A DNA stretch of 64,000 nt, from positions 2,022-66,021 of the forward strand of contig CAYOOO010000002.1 in the NCBI GenBank assembly GCA_964405655.1, given 5' to 3'. A model generated the notes under the pieces. It worked only from the letters and a program-made list of their open reading frames with translations, ran no database searches and was not told the origin of the DNA. Of this stretch, positions 38,023 to 46,872 are shown piece after piece; positions within the stretch are counted from its first letter, which is position 1, and every line of letters begins with the position of its first letter. This stretch comes from an uncultured Gammaproteobacteria bacterium. GTDB lineage: Bacteria; Patescibacteriota; Microgenomatia; Daviesbacterales; UBA10151. Both the position numbers and the translations under genes were made by a program.

Positions 38023-38847
38023 TTATTTTCCCAAACAAGCATGACAGATTGAGAACATCCCTTCTGTATTATTCAGTCTTCGTCTTTCTCTAAATTCCCA
38101 AAATTCTCTTTGATTCCAAATATCCATAATATTTTCTTGCCCAATGTTGCCCCATACTTCTTCAGCACTATGATCTTGGATGCAAGTTACCACATCACCT
38201 TTAGGGTTGATTACTAGAGTACTTTGACTCCATGAATAATTAGGACACCTCTGTGGAAACCAAATCCTTTCTAAAGGTATATTAGACGCTCTATTATATA
38301 GTTTATTTACTCTCATATCTTTAATTTCTAAACAAGCAATTCTTCTTTGAGCCTCACCTGACTCAATAAATTCTAAAACTTTGGGATTGACTGGATCATG
38401 TATACCCAAAACCACAGCCAATTGAAGATCAGTAACTCTATCAAGATGTTGTAGCAATAAATCTCCATTGGTATAAAGCATCAATCTGCAATCAGGAAGA
38501 GCCTTTCTAGCTTGTTCTAATCTAGGAAAAAGGACAGTCTCTGCTCTTAAAAGAGGTTCATTAAAATGAACTGGTTTTAAAGACCCAGAGAACTTAATAG
38601 CTTGTAGTCCTTCCAGCAAGCGTTCCCAAGATGCTTGAGGTAAAATATCTCCATTGGGACCATGTCTATCAGGATTTGAGAATACTGGACAATATGTGCA
38701 TCTACGATTACACCAGTCGTCAAACCCCACATCAATAGTTGTGAACATATCAGGAGATCTAACTCCCAGAGTAAGATTGCAAATTTTAGTGGCTTGGTAT
38801 CTAATCAAGGCAGGGATGCATTGATAAACCTCTTTAAAAGTGGACAT
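38023..38847 (-). CDS. radical SAM enzyme with a C-terminal SPASM/twitch-like cysteine cluster
   Basis: CNRRCTYC is the CxxxCxxC motif. C-terminal C-x20-C (G-x4-C) ... C-x2-C pattern. Confidence 0.7.
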   Translation of the reverse strand: MSTFKEVYQCIPALIRYQATKICNLTLGVRSPDMFTTIDVGFDDWCNRRCTYCPVFSNPDRHGPNGDILPQASWERLLEGLQAIKFSGSLKPVHFNEPLLRAETVLFPRLEQARKALPDCRLMLYTNGDLLLQHLDRVTDLQLAVVLGIHDPVNPKVLEFIESGEAQRRIACLEIKDMRVNKLYNRASNIPLERIWFPQRCPNYSWSQSTLVINPKGDVVTCIQDHSAEEVWGNIGQENIMDIWNQREFWEFRERRRLNNTEGMFSICHACLGK

Positions 38848-38997
38848 ACAATTTATTCTGCCATATCTTTCTGCTAGATAATAGCAAAGTTAAGATCAGG
38901 AATCAATTCTATAGGATAACTTGCAGGCCTACCAGGATCTTTGCTTCGCAAAGCATAGTCGCTGACGCTTACCTATGAACGAACTGGAAAAGCAGTG

Positions 38998-39068
38998 CAG
39001 GCCCGGAAGGAGTCGAACCCTCATTATCAGTTTTGGAGACTGAAGTCCTGCCGTTGAACGACGGGCCT
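38998..39068 (-). tRNA. tRNA-Trp (anticodon CCA), no encoded CCA
   Basis: Reverse complement has acceptor AGGCCCG/CGGGCCT, anticodon stem TCAGT/ACTGA with loop CTCCAAA, T arm GAGGG-TTCGACT-CCTTC. Confidence 0.8.
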
Positions 39069-39126
39069 AAGCTATATATGCGTAAGTATAATCTAAAAAT
39101 AACTAAGATTCTAGGGAAAAAGTGAA

Positions 39127-39705
39127 TTAAGCAGCCTCTATATCTCTAAGCCAATCTAATTTAGTGAGATCTGTTGTTTCATCAAATTCTGCAAAGACAG
39201 CTTCTTGTCTGGATCTTTGTTCAGCTGAAAGCTTAGATAGATCTATTGGGTTATAGGAGCCTACCAGAGTCACAGTTAACTTTATTTGGGCTTCACCTTT
39301 AAGTCCAGTGTGGAGTTTACCACCTCTTGCATCTGCAAAATCAGCTGCATCTTTGGTTGGAGCAGGAATATAAGCATCATAAGTTGTGGCAGCGCCACTC
39401 CTTCTTTTCGGTACAACTGAGATTAAGCTTATATCTGGTCCTAAACCTAAACTTTTTTTGACGTCATATTCTAAAAGAAGTCTTTCCCTTCCCTCGCGTC
39501 CCAACCTGAATTGGTCTTTAAAAGAGACTACTGCGCTGTTAGGTAAAAGAAATGTAGGAGTAGTTGGTTCAGGATAGCCTGTTGATTGAAAATAGCTATC
39601 AAAAGCTAATTGAGGAGGACGATAACCATCAGTTCTTTGTAACTCAGCAACTGCCATAGACAGCCTGTAATTTGCCTCTAATATAATTATGCTACTTGCT
39701 GTCAA
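39127..39705 (-). CDS. hypothetical protein (192 aa)
   Basis: ORF only. Confidence 0.45.
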   Translation of the reverse strand: MTASSIIILEANYRLSMAVAELQRTDGYRPPQLAFDSYFQSTGYPEPTTPTFLLPNSAVVSFKDQFRLGREGRERLLLEYDVKKSLGLGPDISLISVVPKRRSGAATTYDAYIPAPTKDAADFADARGGKLHTGLKGEAQIKLTVTLVGSYNPIDLSKLSAEQRSRQEAVFAEFDETTDLTKLDWLRDIEAA

Positions 39706-39794
39706 TAGCTACAACTTTAGAAGAAAGAATTACTTGAGTTTGAATTCAGTATGCTCGCGGACCTGCCTGCACTTTTTACAGTACTTTTTTAAGG

Positions 39795-40760
39795 TTATTT
39801 TTTCTTTTGTCTCAGTAGTATTTTTTTGGGTAATGTAATTACGACTTTTGCAGACCGAACATTCCAACCCAATAGCCATTCTGGCATTCTTTTTAGCCAT
39901 GGATGAGATTTTATCTTATAATAGAGTAAGTTTGCAAGGGTATAGAAGAAGAGAGCATAAATAGCTCCAATAATAACATCTATGACGTAATGTTCCCCTA
40001 GGTAAATAAGTGAGAGCCATACCCCTAGCACGTAAGGAGTAAAAATTAGCCCCTTTAGCTTGAAAAAACGCAAACAATAAAGAAGGACTAGTAAGGGGTA
40101 GGCTGCATGCATAGAAGGGATAGCAGCCACAGGATTGGGGTTAAACTTATGATAGATAGTAGGTAACTCAAACTTTGCTGGAAAAACCTTTAATGTTTCA
40201 TCTAGTATTTTATGAACGCCTGGTAAATAACCCTGCTCCTTAGCCAGCCAAGGTGGAGCAGCAGGATAAACTAAGTAACTTATCCAACCCGCATAAGATA
40301 AAAGCAGGATTGATAGAACAAAAACTCTGAAATAATTTTTGCTTATGATCCAAAGTAAAAAACCAAATCCTAAGGGTAGGGCAAAGTGCAGAAAATAAAA
40401 AATTGTGGCTAAGTAGTCATACCATCTAAGATTTCCTGCCTGGTAAAAGAAGTCTTGTAAGGCTACAGTTGGGACAAAAGTAAACAAAAACTTGTCTGCA
40501 TTAATCAGTTCTATGTAATGGACCCTTGAGGACAAATTGTCTGCAAAACCACGCAAAAAGTCATAAGAGATAAGTATAAACAAGAAGGGTATCCAATCTA
40601 AAACAAAACTCCGAGTTCTTCTTACCAGTAAACTTCCCAAAAGCAAAATAAAAGCATATCTGTCAGGAGCTATACCAATGCCTTGCCAGATCATTAAAGC
40701 AGTCATAACAATGATATAGACAAGAAAAAGCAGGATTAGCAGAAGATGATGTTTACTCAC
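39795..40760 (-). CDS. PAP2-superfamily integral membrane protein
   Basis: PSMH and GEHYVIDV motifs in a polytopic membrane protein. Confidence 0.55.
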   Translation of the reverse strand: MSKHHLLLILLFLVYIIVMTALMIWQGIGIAPDRYAFILLLGSLLVRRTRSFVLDWIPFLFILISYDFLRGFADNLSSRVHYIELINADKFLFTFVPTVALQDFFYQAGNLRWYDYLATIFYFLHFALPLGFGFLLWIISKNYFRVFVLSILLLSYAGWISYLVYPAAPPWLAKEQGYLPGVHKILDETLKVFPAKFELPTIYHKFNPNPVAAIPSMHAAYPLLVLLYCLRFFKLKGLIFTPYVLGVWLSLIYLGEHYVIDVIIGAIYALFFYTLANLLYYKIKSHPWLKRMPEWLLGWNVRSAKVVITLPKKILLRQKKK

Positions 40761-40767
40761 TAAAAAT

Positions 40768-41106
40768 TTAAACTAGAACTTCTATAGGTATAGGAGAGAC
40801 CTCTTTAGTGTTAGGTGATGGATGCTGTTTAAACTTGGCTCTAATTGCTTGTTGCATACTCTCTGACACATCAACGTAACAAATACCATTTGGCACTTGA
40901 TCGGGATAAAATGTTCCAAGAAATCTTGCTAATCTTCCTACCCCTTTTATTCTTGCACCGTGATCTACCCACGGTCTTCCTGCATAAAAAATATTCTCTT
41001 GTTGGCCAGGTACCCTGCCTACAAATACATCTTTTTCAGATATCTTATGTTCAGCCATCCTGATGATTAATTTATATGCTAATGGAATTTGAAAGTCAAT
41101 AGTCAC
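40768..41106 (-). CDS. hypothetical protein (112 aa)
   Basis: ORF only. Confidence 0.4.
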   Translation of the reverse strand: MTIDFQIPLAYKLIIRMAEHKISEKDVFVGRVPGQQENIFYAGRPWVDHGARIKGVGRLARFLGTFYPDQVPNGICYVDVSESMQQAIRAKFKQHPSPNTKEVSPIPIEVLV

Positions 41107-41177
41107 CTATCTCACAAATAAGCCAATCTAAATAAGATATACCAGGTAAATCCTATATTTGGTACAATTCCAAGAAA

Positions 41178-41252
41178 GCCGATGTGGCTCAGTGGTAGAG
41201 CACGTTCTTGGTAAGAACGGGGTCACGGGTTCAATTCCCGTCATCGGCTCCA
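41178..41252 (+). tRNA. tRNA-Thr (anticodon GGT), CCA encoded
   Basis: Acceptor GCCGATG/CATCGGC, anticodon loop TTGGTAA, T arm ACGGG-TTCAATT-CCCGT, 3' CCA. A TGgTACAAT extended -10 lies ~10 nt upstream. Confidence 0.85.
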
Positions 41253-41301
41253 ACTAAAACTTCTTATCTGAAAGACATTAAGAAAAATAAGATTAAATTT
41301 A

Positions 41302-42555
41302 ATGCCCGCTAAATTAAATATAGGATATCTCTCGTTTAGAATTGCTGGTACTGATGGGGTTTCTTTAGAAGCGCAGAGGTGGCGAACAATCCTGCAAAGA
41401 ATGGGCCACAAAGTGACCTTTATTGCAGGAGAGTTAGATCAATCAGGGTTGCTTATCCCGGAGCTTCACTTTACTCACCCTAAAGTCTACAAAATCCATG
41501 AGATGGTAATCTCAAATAATGTTAGTTACTTAAAGGTAGAAAAAGAGATCTTTTCACTGGCTGGTCAAATTGAGGGGCTTTTAAGGGAGTCCTTTAGGCG
41601 CTTTAAGTTTGACAGTTTAGTAGTCTCCAATATCTTTTCGTTACCTATCCATTTTCCTTTGGCAGTGGCTTTAGACAGAGTTATTGATGAGTTTAAAATT
41701 CCAACCATCTCCAGAAATCATGACTTTTGGTGGGAAAGGGAAAGATATTTGAAGTCTCATTGCTTTGAGTTTTTTATCAGATTTTTTCCTCCCAGAAGCC
41801 CATATATAAAACATGTCGCAATTAACTCTATTGCCCAGAGAGAACTTAAAAAAAGAACAGGAATAGGATCAACAGTTATACCAGATTGTTTTGATTTTAA
41901 AAGTAAATTAAACAAACTAGATTCTTTCTCAAAGCATTTTAAAAAGGACTTCAATATTAAAAGCAGTGATTTGATCTTCCTTCAGGCAACCAGAATAGTA
42001 GAGAGGAAAAATATCGAAGCCTCAATCGAGCTTATCAAAAGATTAAAAAATACTGGAATTGTTTTGGTTTTGGCAGGTTATGACGGGGATGAGTCAGGTG
42101 ATTATTTAAAAATGATTAAGAACCTTGCCAAGAAAGCTCAAATAGCAACGAAATTTATTGGATCAAGGATTAAATCAGAAAGGGGAATGAGTGAGGATGG
42201 AGCCCGCTTTTATACACTTTGGGATGCATTTATAAATTGTGATTTTGTCACCTACCCTTCAATCTTTGAAGGGTTTGGCAACCAGTTCATAGAAGCAGTT
42301 TATTTTAAAAAACCAATTCTGATAAATCGCTATAGTGTCTTTAAACAAGACTTGGAACCGTTGGGGTTTGATGTGGTTAAAATCAATAATGGACAAATAA
42401 CTGATCAGTCTGTAGAGGAGGTGAGAAAGTTATTACACAATCCCCAAAGGATAGAGGAGATGGTTAATAAGAATTTTAAAATTGGCAGCAAGTATTTCTC
42501 CTATAAAAGTATTACTAAAAAAATCGAGGATTTACAGAATAAGCTTTCAATATAA
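41302..42555 (+). CDS. GT4-like glycosyltransferase (GT-B fold)
   Basis: C-terminal FEGFGNQFIEAV motif of the GT4 E-x7-E type. Confidence 0.6.
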   Translation: MPAKLNIGYLSFRIAGTDGVSLEAQRWRTILQRMGHKVTFIAGELDQSGLLIPELHFTHPKVYKIHEMVISNNVSYLKVEKEIFSLAGQIEGLLRESFRRFKFDSLVVSNIFSLPIHFPLAVALDRVIDEFKIPTISRNHDFWWERERYLKSHCFEFFIRFFPPRSPYIKHVAINSIAQRELKKRTGIGSTVIPDCFDFKSKLNKLDSFSKHFKKDFNIKSSDLIFLQATRIVERKNIEASIELIKRLKNTGIVLVLAGYDGDESGDYLKMIKNLAKKAQIATKFIGSRIKSERGMSEDGARFYTLWDAFINCDFVTYPSIFEGFGNQFIEAVYFKKPILINRYSVFKQDLEPLGFDVVKINNGQITDQSVEEVRKLLHNPQRIEEMVNKNFKIGSKYFSYKSITKKIEDLQNKLSI

Positions 42556-42561
42556 TAAATA

Positions 42562-43173
42562 TTGACGCAATTTTTTAAAAGGTTTACAAATATTCCTGCA
42601 CCTATGCAAAATTTTCAGGTTGAAAAAGGTTTGGAACTAGCGATTAAACTTGGTTACCCCAGAGATATTTTAGACAAGATTCCAGTTGAGGCAATAGCCT
42701 CATTTTCTGGCGTTGGTTTTTACTTTGATCTACTAGACTTAAAGAAAGGGGAAAAAGTTCTCAGTTTAGGCGCTAATCCAGCTTTGGATTTGGCTGTTGC
42801 AAAACTCACGGTAGGAGAAAAGGGTAAGGTAGCAGAAACTGATTTAAGCAGTGGTAGTTTCTCCTTTGGGGCTGATAACTTCGATGCTGTAATTTCTAAT
42901 GGAGTGATTCACCTAAGCACAAACAAAAGAGTCCTCTTTAAGGAAGTATTTAGGGTTTTGAAGCCTGGTGGCAGGTTAGCTATTTCAGACCTAGTTACAG
43001 AATCTGATTTGTCTATTGTTATTCCAGACTTTGGTCAAATCACCAAAGAAGATGATCTTACAATCGCCATCGAGGAAGCAGGTTCTAAAATAGTTACAGT
43101 TCGAGAGAACCTTCAGTATTCAGCCCCATCCCCAGGAGTCAAAAGTGTCTCTTTACTTGCAAGTAAAACCTAA
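42562..43173 (+). CDS. class I SAM-dependent methyltransferase
   Basis: VLSLGANPALD (motif I) and LKPGGRLAISD (post I/II). Confidence 0.65.
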   Translation: MTQFFKRFTNIPAPMQNFQVEKGLELAIKLGYPRDILDKIPVEAIASFSGVGFYFDLLDLKKGEKVLSLGANPALDLAVAKLTVGEKGKVAETDLSSGSFSFGADNFDAVISNGVIHLSTNKRVLFKEVFRVLKPGGRLAISDLVTESDLSIVIPDFGQITKEDDLTIAIEEAGSKIVTVRENLQYSAPSPGVKSVSLLASKT

Positions 43174-43200
43174 TTAAAATTAGCCACAATATTTTTCTCT

Positions 43201-45366
43201 ATGGCTATACCTGAGAATAATCAAGATTTGGCAGTCCGAAGAGCAATTGAAGAGATTGATTTAGATACTGGTTTTTTAAGACCAGGTCAAGTTGGAAGGA
43301 ATAATGATCTTTTGGGCTCTTTTAGAGATTTGCCAACTGTAGCAGAGCTTGCAAGGGATGTAAGAAGTGCCAGGTTAGCTGCAGCAAGATTAGTTAGGGT
43401 TCAACCAAAGAGCAGTGGTCAAAATCCTGACTCAGAATTTTCTCCGGCTGCTCCTGCAGCTTTTAAACCAATTGAAGATGCCACTAATGATGCATTAGAT
43501 GTTATCTCAGCAATCTATTTAAGGTTAAGTGATAGTAAGAGGAACAGATTTCAAGCCTTATGTTATCGTGAAAGAGATTTAAAGAACTTATCTAAGGCAG
43601 TTGCGGTCAGGATAAATAAAGACAGAGATATCCAGGATTCAGATAGCAGAAAAGAAGTTGACAGGCAGCGACTATTAATGGCTGGCACAATGTTTTTATT
43701 GATTGATACTATTGATCAACTGGCTGCCTTCAGTAAGGATCCTGCTGATTTAGAGGCTGTCAGGCAGGCAGCGACTACTGTCAAGATGGCTAATGCTAAC
43801 TGGCTATATGTTGCTCATCAAGGTTTAAGTCTAAGAGATTTTATTAATGAAAGCGTTGATTTTAGAGGAAGCCCTGCTAGGCAGCTGGGCTTTTTAGTTG
43901 ATCTTTTGACATTTTATGAAACGGGTTTAGAGACCCAGCTAATAGCGGAAAATCAGCATTATCCATTTACACTTTATCCTCCCTCAATAGAACTTAATGT
44001 AAATTTTGCCCATAATCTTGTTGGGGCAATGTTAAGATTTGCCTCTGATGAGCGGGGTTTCCCAACAGCTGGACTAAAAGGTTTAGAGCGAGAAGCAGGT
44101 GAGCGTGCCCGCAAATTAGTAGATAAGGTGATTAGATTCAGAAAAAGATTTGAAGCAGTGATATTTAATACCCGCCATCCTGATTATCCGAGCCTAAGGG
44201 CTAAGATGTTAGGCTACCTAAGTATGTCTGGAATGACTGCTTTTGCAGCACTTTTTACAGCTGGAGTATCTGAGGCTGGAACAGTTCTAGCTTTTTACAG
44301 AAGATCGAATACTCAGATTGAGGCGGGTTATGATCCAGAGTTTTACAGTAAGTTTGCAGAGAAGTTAGAGAGTTATGGTAGGGAGGTGGTTCCTGACTCA
44401 GAGGTCTTGACAGATGATAAGCTGGTTTTAATTTATCAAGATGACCCCTCTAGAGTGGAACCACCAAATGATATCTTATTACCTCAAATTGTCTTAGGAC
44501 TTAGGCGGGCCACCAGGGATAGGGAATTTATCATTACTGGGGAGGAGATAGACAGAATTACTCACCCAAACCTGGCAAGACCTACCAGGATTAGGTTTAA
44601 CCTAGATCCAACTAAATCAGAAGTCTTTGCTGTAGAGTTTATCTATCAAAGGGAAGGGAGTGGTGAAATTATCAAGCTTTACTGCAAATACGATATGAAT
44701 CAAGGAGTAATGAGATGGAATGTTCTAGGAGGAGTAGTAAGAGAACTTGGGGACTATAGAAGAAGATTTGCTTACTTTGCCACTGATGCTGTCATCTCTA
44801 TTGTTAATTACTTACAAGATAAATATGTTCCAGGCAAGCCTGAGACAGAGGTTGTTAGACAAGTAGAAACAGCTGCTCTATCTTTGGGAAAGAGACAAGT
44901 AGCTGCATTTAGATTGTCTGAAGACGCCAGGTCAAAAGAAAAAAAGCCAGGAGCAGCCAGATCTCAAGTCTTGACTCCTGTTCAACAGGTTTTAAATAAG
45001 GGTAGAAAAGCTGAATCTGAACAACCTGAAGGTCCAAGAAGGTTTCTGATAGATAGAAAAGGTTTCAAAAGAGATTTACAGGGTTATCCCCAACCAATTC
45101 AGGTGAGGATTAAGGAAACACTGAGAAGATATTTGGAAGAAGGGGTGGGAGAGGTTAGCTCTCTCAATACCAGAGACAACGGAAGAACGATTTTAAGTCT
45201 ACATATTAATGTCATAAATAGAAGGGGTTTGAGAGTAGCTTTGGAAGTTTTAACCAGACCGGGAGAGGTAGGTTTTAGATATATTTTGATGGCTCCTAGA
45301 GATGAGGTTTATAGAAGATTAGCAGCCTTGGGCCTGGCTATAAACTCATCCAAAATGTCCAGATAA
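43201..45366 (+). CDS. large hypothetical protein (721 aa) with a RelE/ParE-like C-terminus
   Basis: C-terminus ... RVALEVLTRPGEVGFRYILMAPRDEVYRRL resembles the RelE/ParE core (... R-I-Y ... V ... I-R-I-G-H-R-K-D-V-Y). Arg-rich. Confidence 0.5.
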   Translation: MAIPENNQDLAVRRAIEEIDLDTGFLRPGQVGRNNDLLGSFRDLPTVAELARDVRSARLAAARLVRVQPKSSGQNPDSEFSPAAPAAFKPIEDATNDALDVISAIYLRLSDSKRNRFQALCYRERDLKNLSKAVAVRINKDRDIQDSDSRKEVDRQRLLMAGTMFLLIDTIDQLAAFSKDPADLEAVRQAATTVKMANANWLYVAHQGLSLRDFINESVDFRGSPARQLGFLVDLLTFYETGLETQLIAENQHYPFTLYPPSIELNVNFAHNLVGAMLRFASDERGFPTAGLKGLEREAGERARKLVDKVIRFRKRFEAVIFNTRHPDYPSLRAKMLGYLSMSGMTAFAALFTAGVSEAGTVLAFYRRSNTQIEAGYDPEFYSKFAEKLESYGREVVPDSEVLTDDKLVLIYQDDPSRVEPPNDILLPQIVLGLRRATRDREFIITGEEIDRITHPNLARPTRIRFNLDPTKSEVFAVEFIYQREGSGEIIKLYCKYDMNQGVMRWNVLGGVVRELGDYRRRFAYFATDAVISIVNYLQDKYVPGKPETEVVRQVETAALSLGKRQVAAFRLSEDARSKEKKPGAARSQVLTPVQQVLNKGRKAESEQPEGPRRFLIDRKGFKRDLQGYPQPIQVRIKETLRRYLEEGVGEVSSLNTRDNGRTILSLHINVINRRGLRVALEVLTRPGEVGFRYILMAPRDEVYRRLAALGLAINSSKMSR

Positions 45367-45395
45367 TTTGTTTTGAGCCTCCTAACAGAAAATAC

Positions 45396-45420
45396 GCCCC
45401 TCCGGCTTTGCCGGAGGCCG
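45396..45420. terminator. GC-rich hairpin, probable terminator for the minus-strand tRNA-Thr and possibly the plus-strand gene
   Basis: cctccggc ttt gccggagg. The minus-strand RNA continues with a U-rich tract. Confidence 0.45.
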
Positions 45421-45430
45421 AACTGTTGTG

Positions 45431-45502
45431 AGCCGGGACGGGGATTTGAACCCCGGACCCACGCTTTACAAAAGCGTTGCTCTACCACTGAGCTATCCCG
45501 GC
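45431..45502 (-). tRNA. tRNA-Thr (anticodon TGT), no encoded CCA
   Basis: Reverse complement GCCGGGATAGCTCAGTGGTAGAGCAACGCTTTTGTAAAGCGTGGGTCCGGGGTTCAAATCCCCGTCCCGGCT folds as a cloverleaf. Anticodon loop TTTGTAA. Confidence 0.85.
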
Positions 45503-45857
45503 ACTTATCCCAGTAATTTTAAGTTAAAAAGCATAAAAAATCCACCTTTGGCAAGGTGGATAATTGGACAGATAATTTCTGCCTACTTGGTCGTTTTTTG
45601 AGGTATTTCCCCCTAAATTATAGGTGGGGATTCAGTTTAGCAAACCTCAGTTTAACCAAAACTTAAATAATCCCCATATTAGGTGAAATCTCAGTGGAGG
45701 AAAATTCCCCCTCAAATTGTCAAACGTACCCAGTAGGCAAAGGTCGCCTTTTGGCGACTGGCTTTTGGCCATCTACTTTGTCCTTTTACAGGACTAATAA
45801 ATTATAGCATCTTATAAGGCTTGCCTGTCAAGTTAGAAATAGGTAAGAACACAGTTT

Positions 45858-46505
45858 TTAGAATCCCAACAGGGACTTTAATATAGAAGTTCCATTTAAT
45901 AGAATAAATCCCAACAAAGAAGAATTACCAATTGGAATAAACCAAAGCAAAAGAAGCAAAATAAAACCATATTGCTCAAGTTTCTGATATTCCCTGGCTA
46001 AGTTATAGGGAAGTTGAGATAGTAAAATCTTTGATCCATCAAGGGGTGGGATTGGTATTAGGTTAAAGACTGCTAAAAGTAAGTTGATATTGATCATAAA
46101 ATCTAAAAGTTCTAAAACAATAAATGGTAAGGAAAGACCTCTGAGAAGATGAAAAAGGAGTGCTGCAATGATAGCCAGTCCCAAATTTGATAAGATTCCA
46201 GCAGCAGAAACCAGCAGCTCACCTTTTCTTAAACTGGAAAAGTTAAGAGGATTAACAGGAACAGGTTTTGCCCAACCAAACAAGATTGGCGAGCCAGATA
46301 TAAAAAGCAGTGCTGGTAAAAGAATGGTACCGACAGGATCTATGTGGGGAATAGGATTTAGTGTTAGTCTGCCAGCTCTTTGAGCAGTATGGTCGCCAAA
46401 TTTTAGGGCTGCCAGGCCATGCATAACTTCGTGAACAATCACTGAAAAGAGTAGGACAACAATCGATAAAGCTATTAGCGAGGGACCAAAGATCTCTAGG
46501 TTCAT
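45858..46505 (-). CDS. M50 (site-2 protease) family zinc metalloprotease
   Basis: HEVMH (HExxH) in a TM helix and the downstream PPLDGS (LDG) motif. Confidence 0.75.
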   Translation of the reverse strand: MNLEIFGPSLIALSIVVLLFSVIVHEVMHGLAALKFGDHTAQRAGRLTLNPIPHIDPVGTILLPALLFISGSPILFGWAKPVPVNPLNFSSLRKGELLVSAAGILSNLGLAIIAALLFHLLRGLSLPFIVLELLDFMININLLLAVFNLIPIPPLDGSKILLSQLPYNLAREYQKLEQYGFILLLLLWFIPIGNSSLLGFILLNGTSILKSLLGF

Positions 46506-46614
46506 TCTTCAGATTATATTTCAAAGTGGCAGTAGTTGACAATTGTCACATTAAATCATTGCTAATTATTTTGAGCTTGAATTAAGTTTTATTCCCTGTT
46601 AAAATCTACCAGTT

Positions 46615-46851
46615 ATGTTGATATGTTCTCGTTGTGGTAAAAAACCTAATAAGATTGCCTTTTCTAGACACCAGAAAGGAAGTTCAGGCGCTTCTGAATG
46701 GCCTTTGCGGGCTCAAATTACCAAACACATCCAAAGACCAAACCTACACATTTTTAAAGGTCAAAAATATTGCACCAAGTGTTTAAGGATTGTTAAAAAA
46801 GACTTTAATATTGCCATGAGCAAAGCTCCTGCTTCTTTACCTGTAACTTAA
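46615..46851 (+). CDS. rpmB: 50S ribosomal protein L28
   Basis: CSRCGKKP ... RPNLH ... CTKCLR pattern of bL28. 78 aa. Confidence 0.6.
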   Translation: MLICSRCGKKPNKIAFSRHQKGSSGASEWPLRAQITKHIQRPNLHIFKGQKYCTKCLRIVKKDFNIAMSKAPASLPVT

Positions 46852-46872
46852 ATACTCTAAGGTTTCAAATTA

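Noticed and set aside
38909-38956. 15-codon ORF (MLCEAKILVGLQVIL) between tRNA-Trp and the radical SAM gene, as a possible RiPP precursor
   Set aside because: It is too short, has no ribosome-binding site, and largely coincides with a hairpin (ctttgc-gaa-gcaaag).
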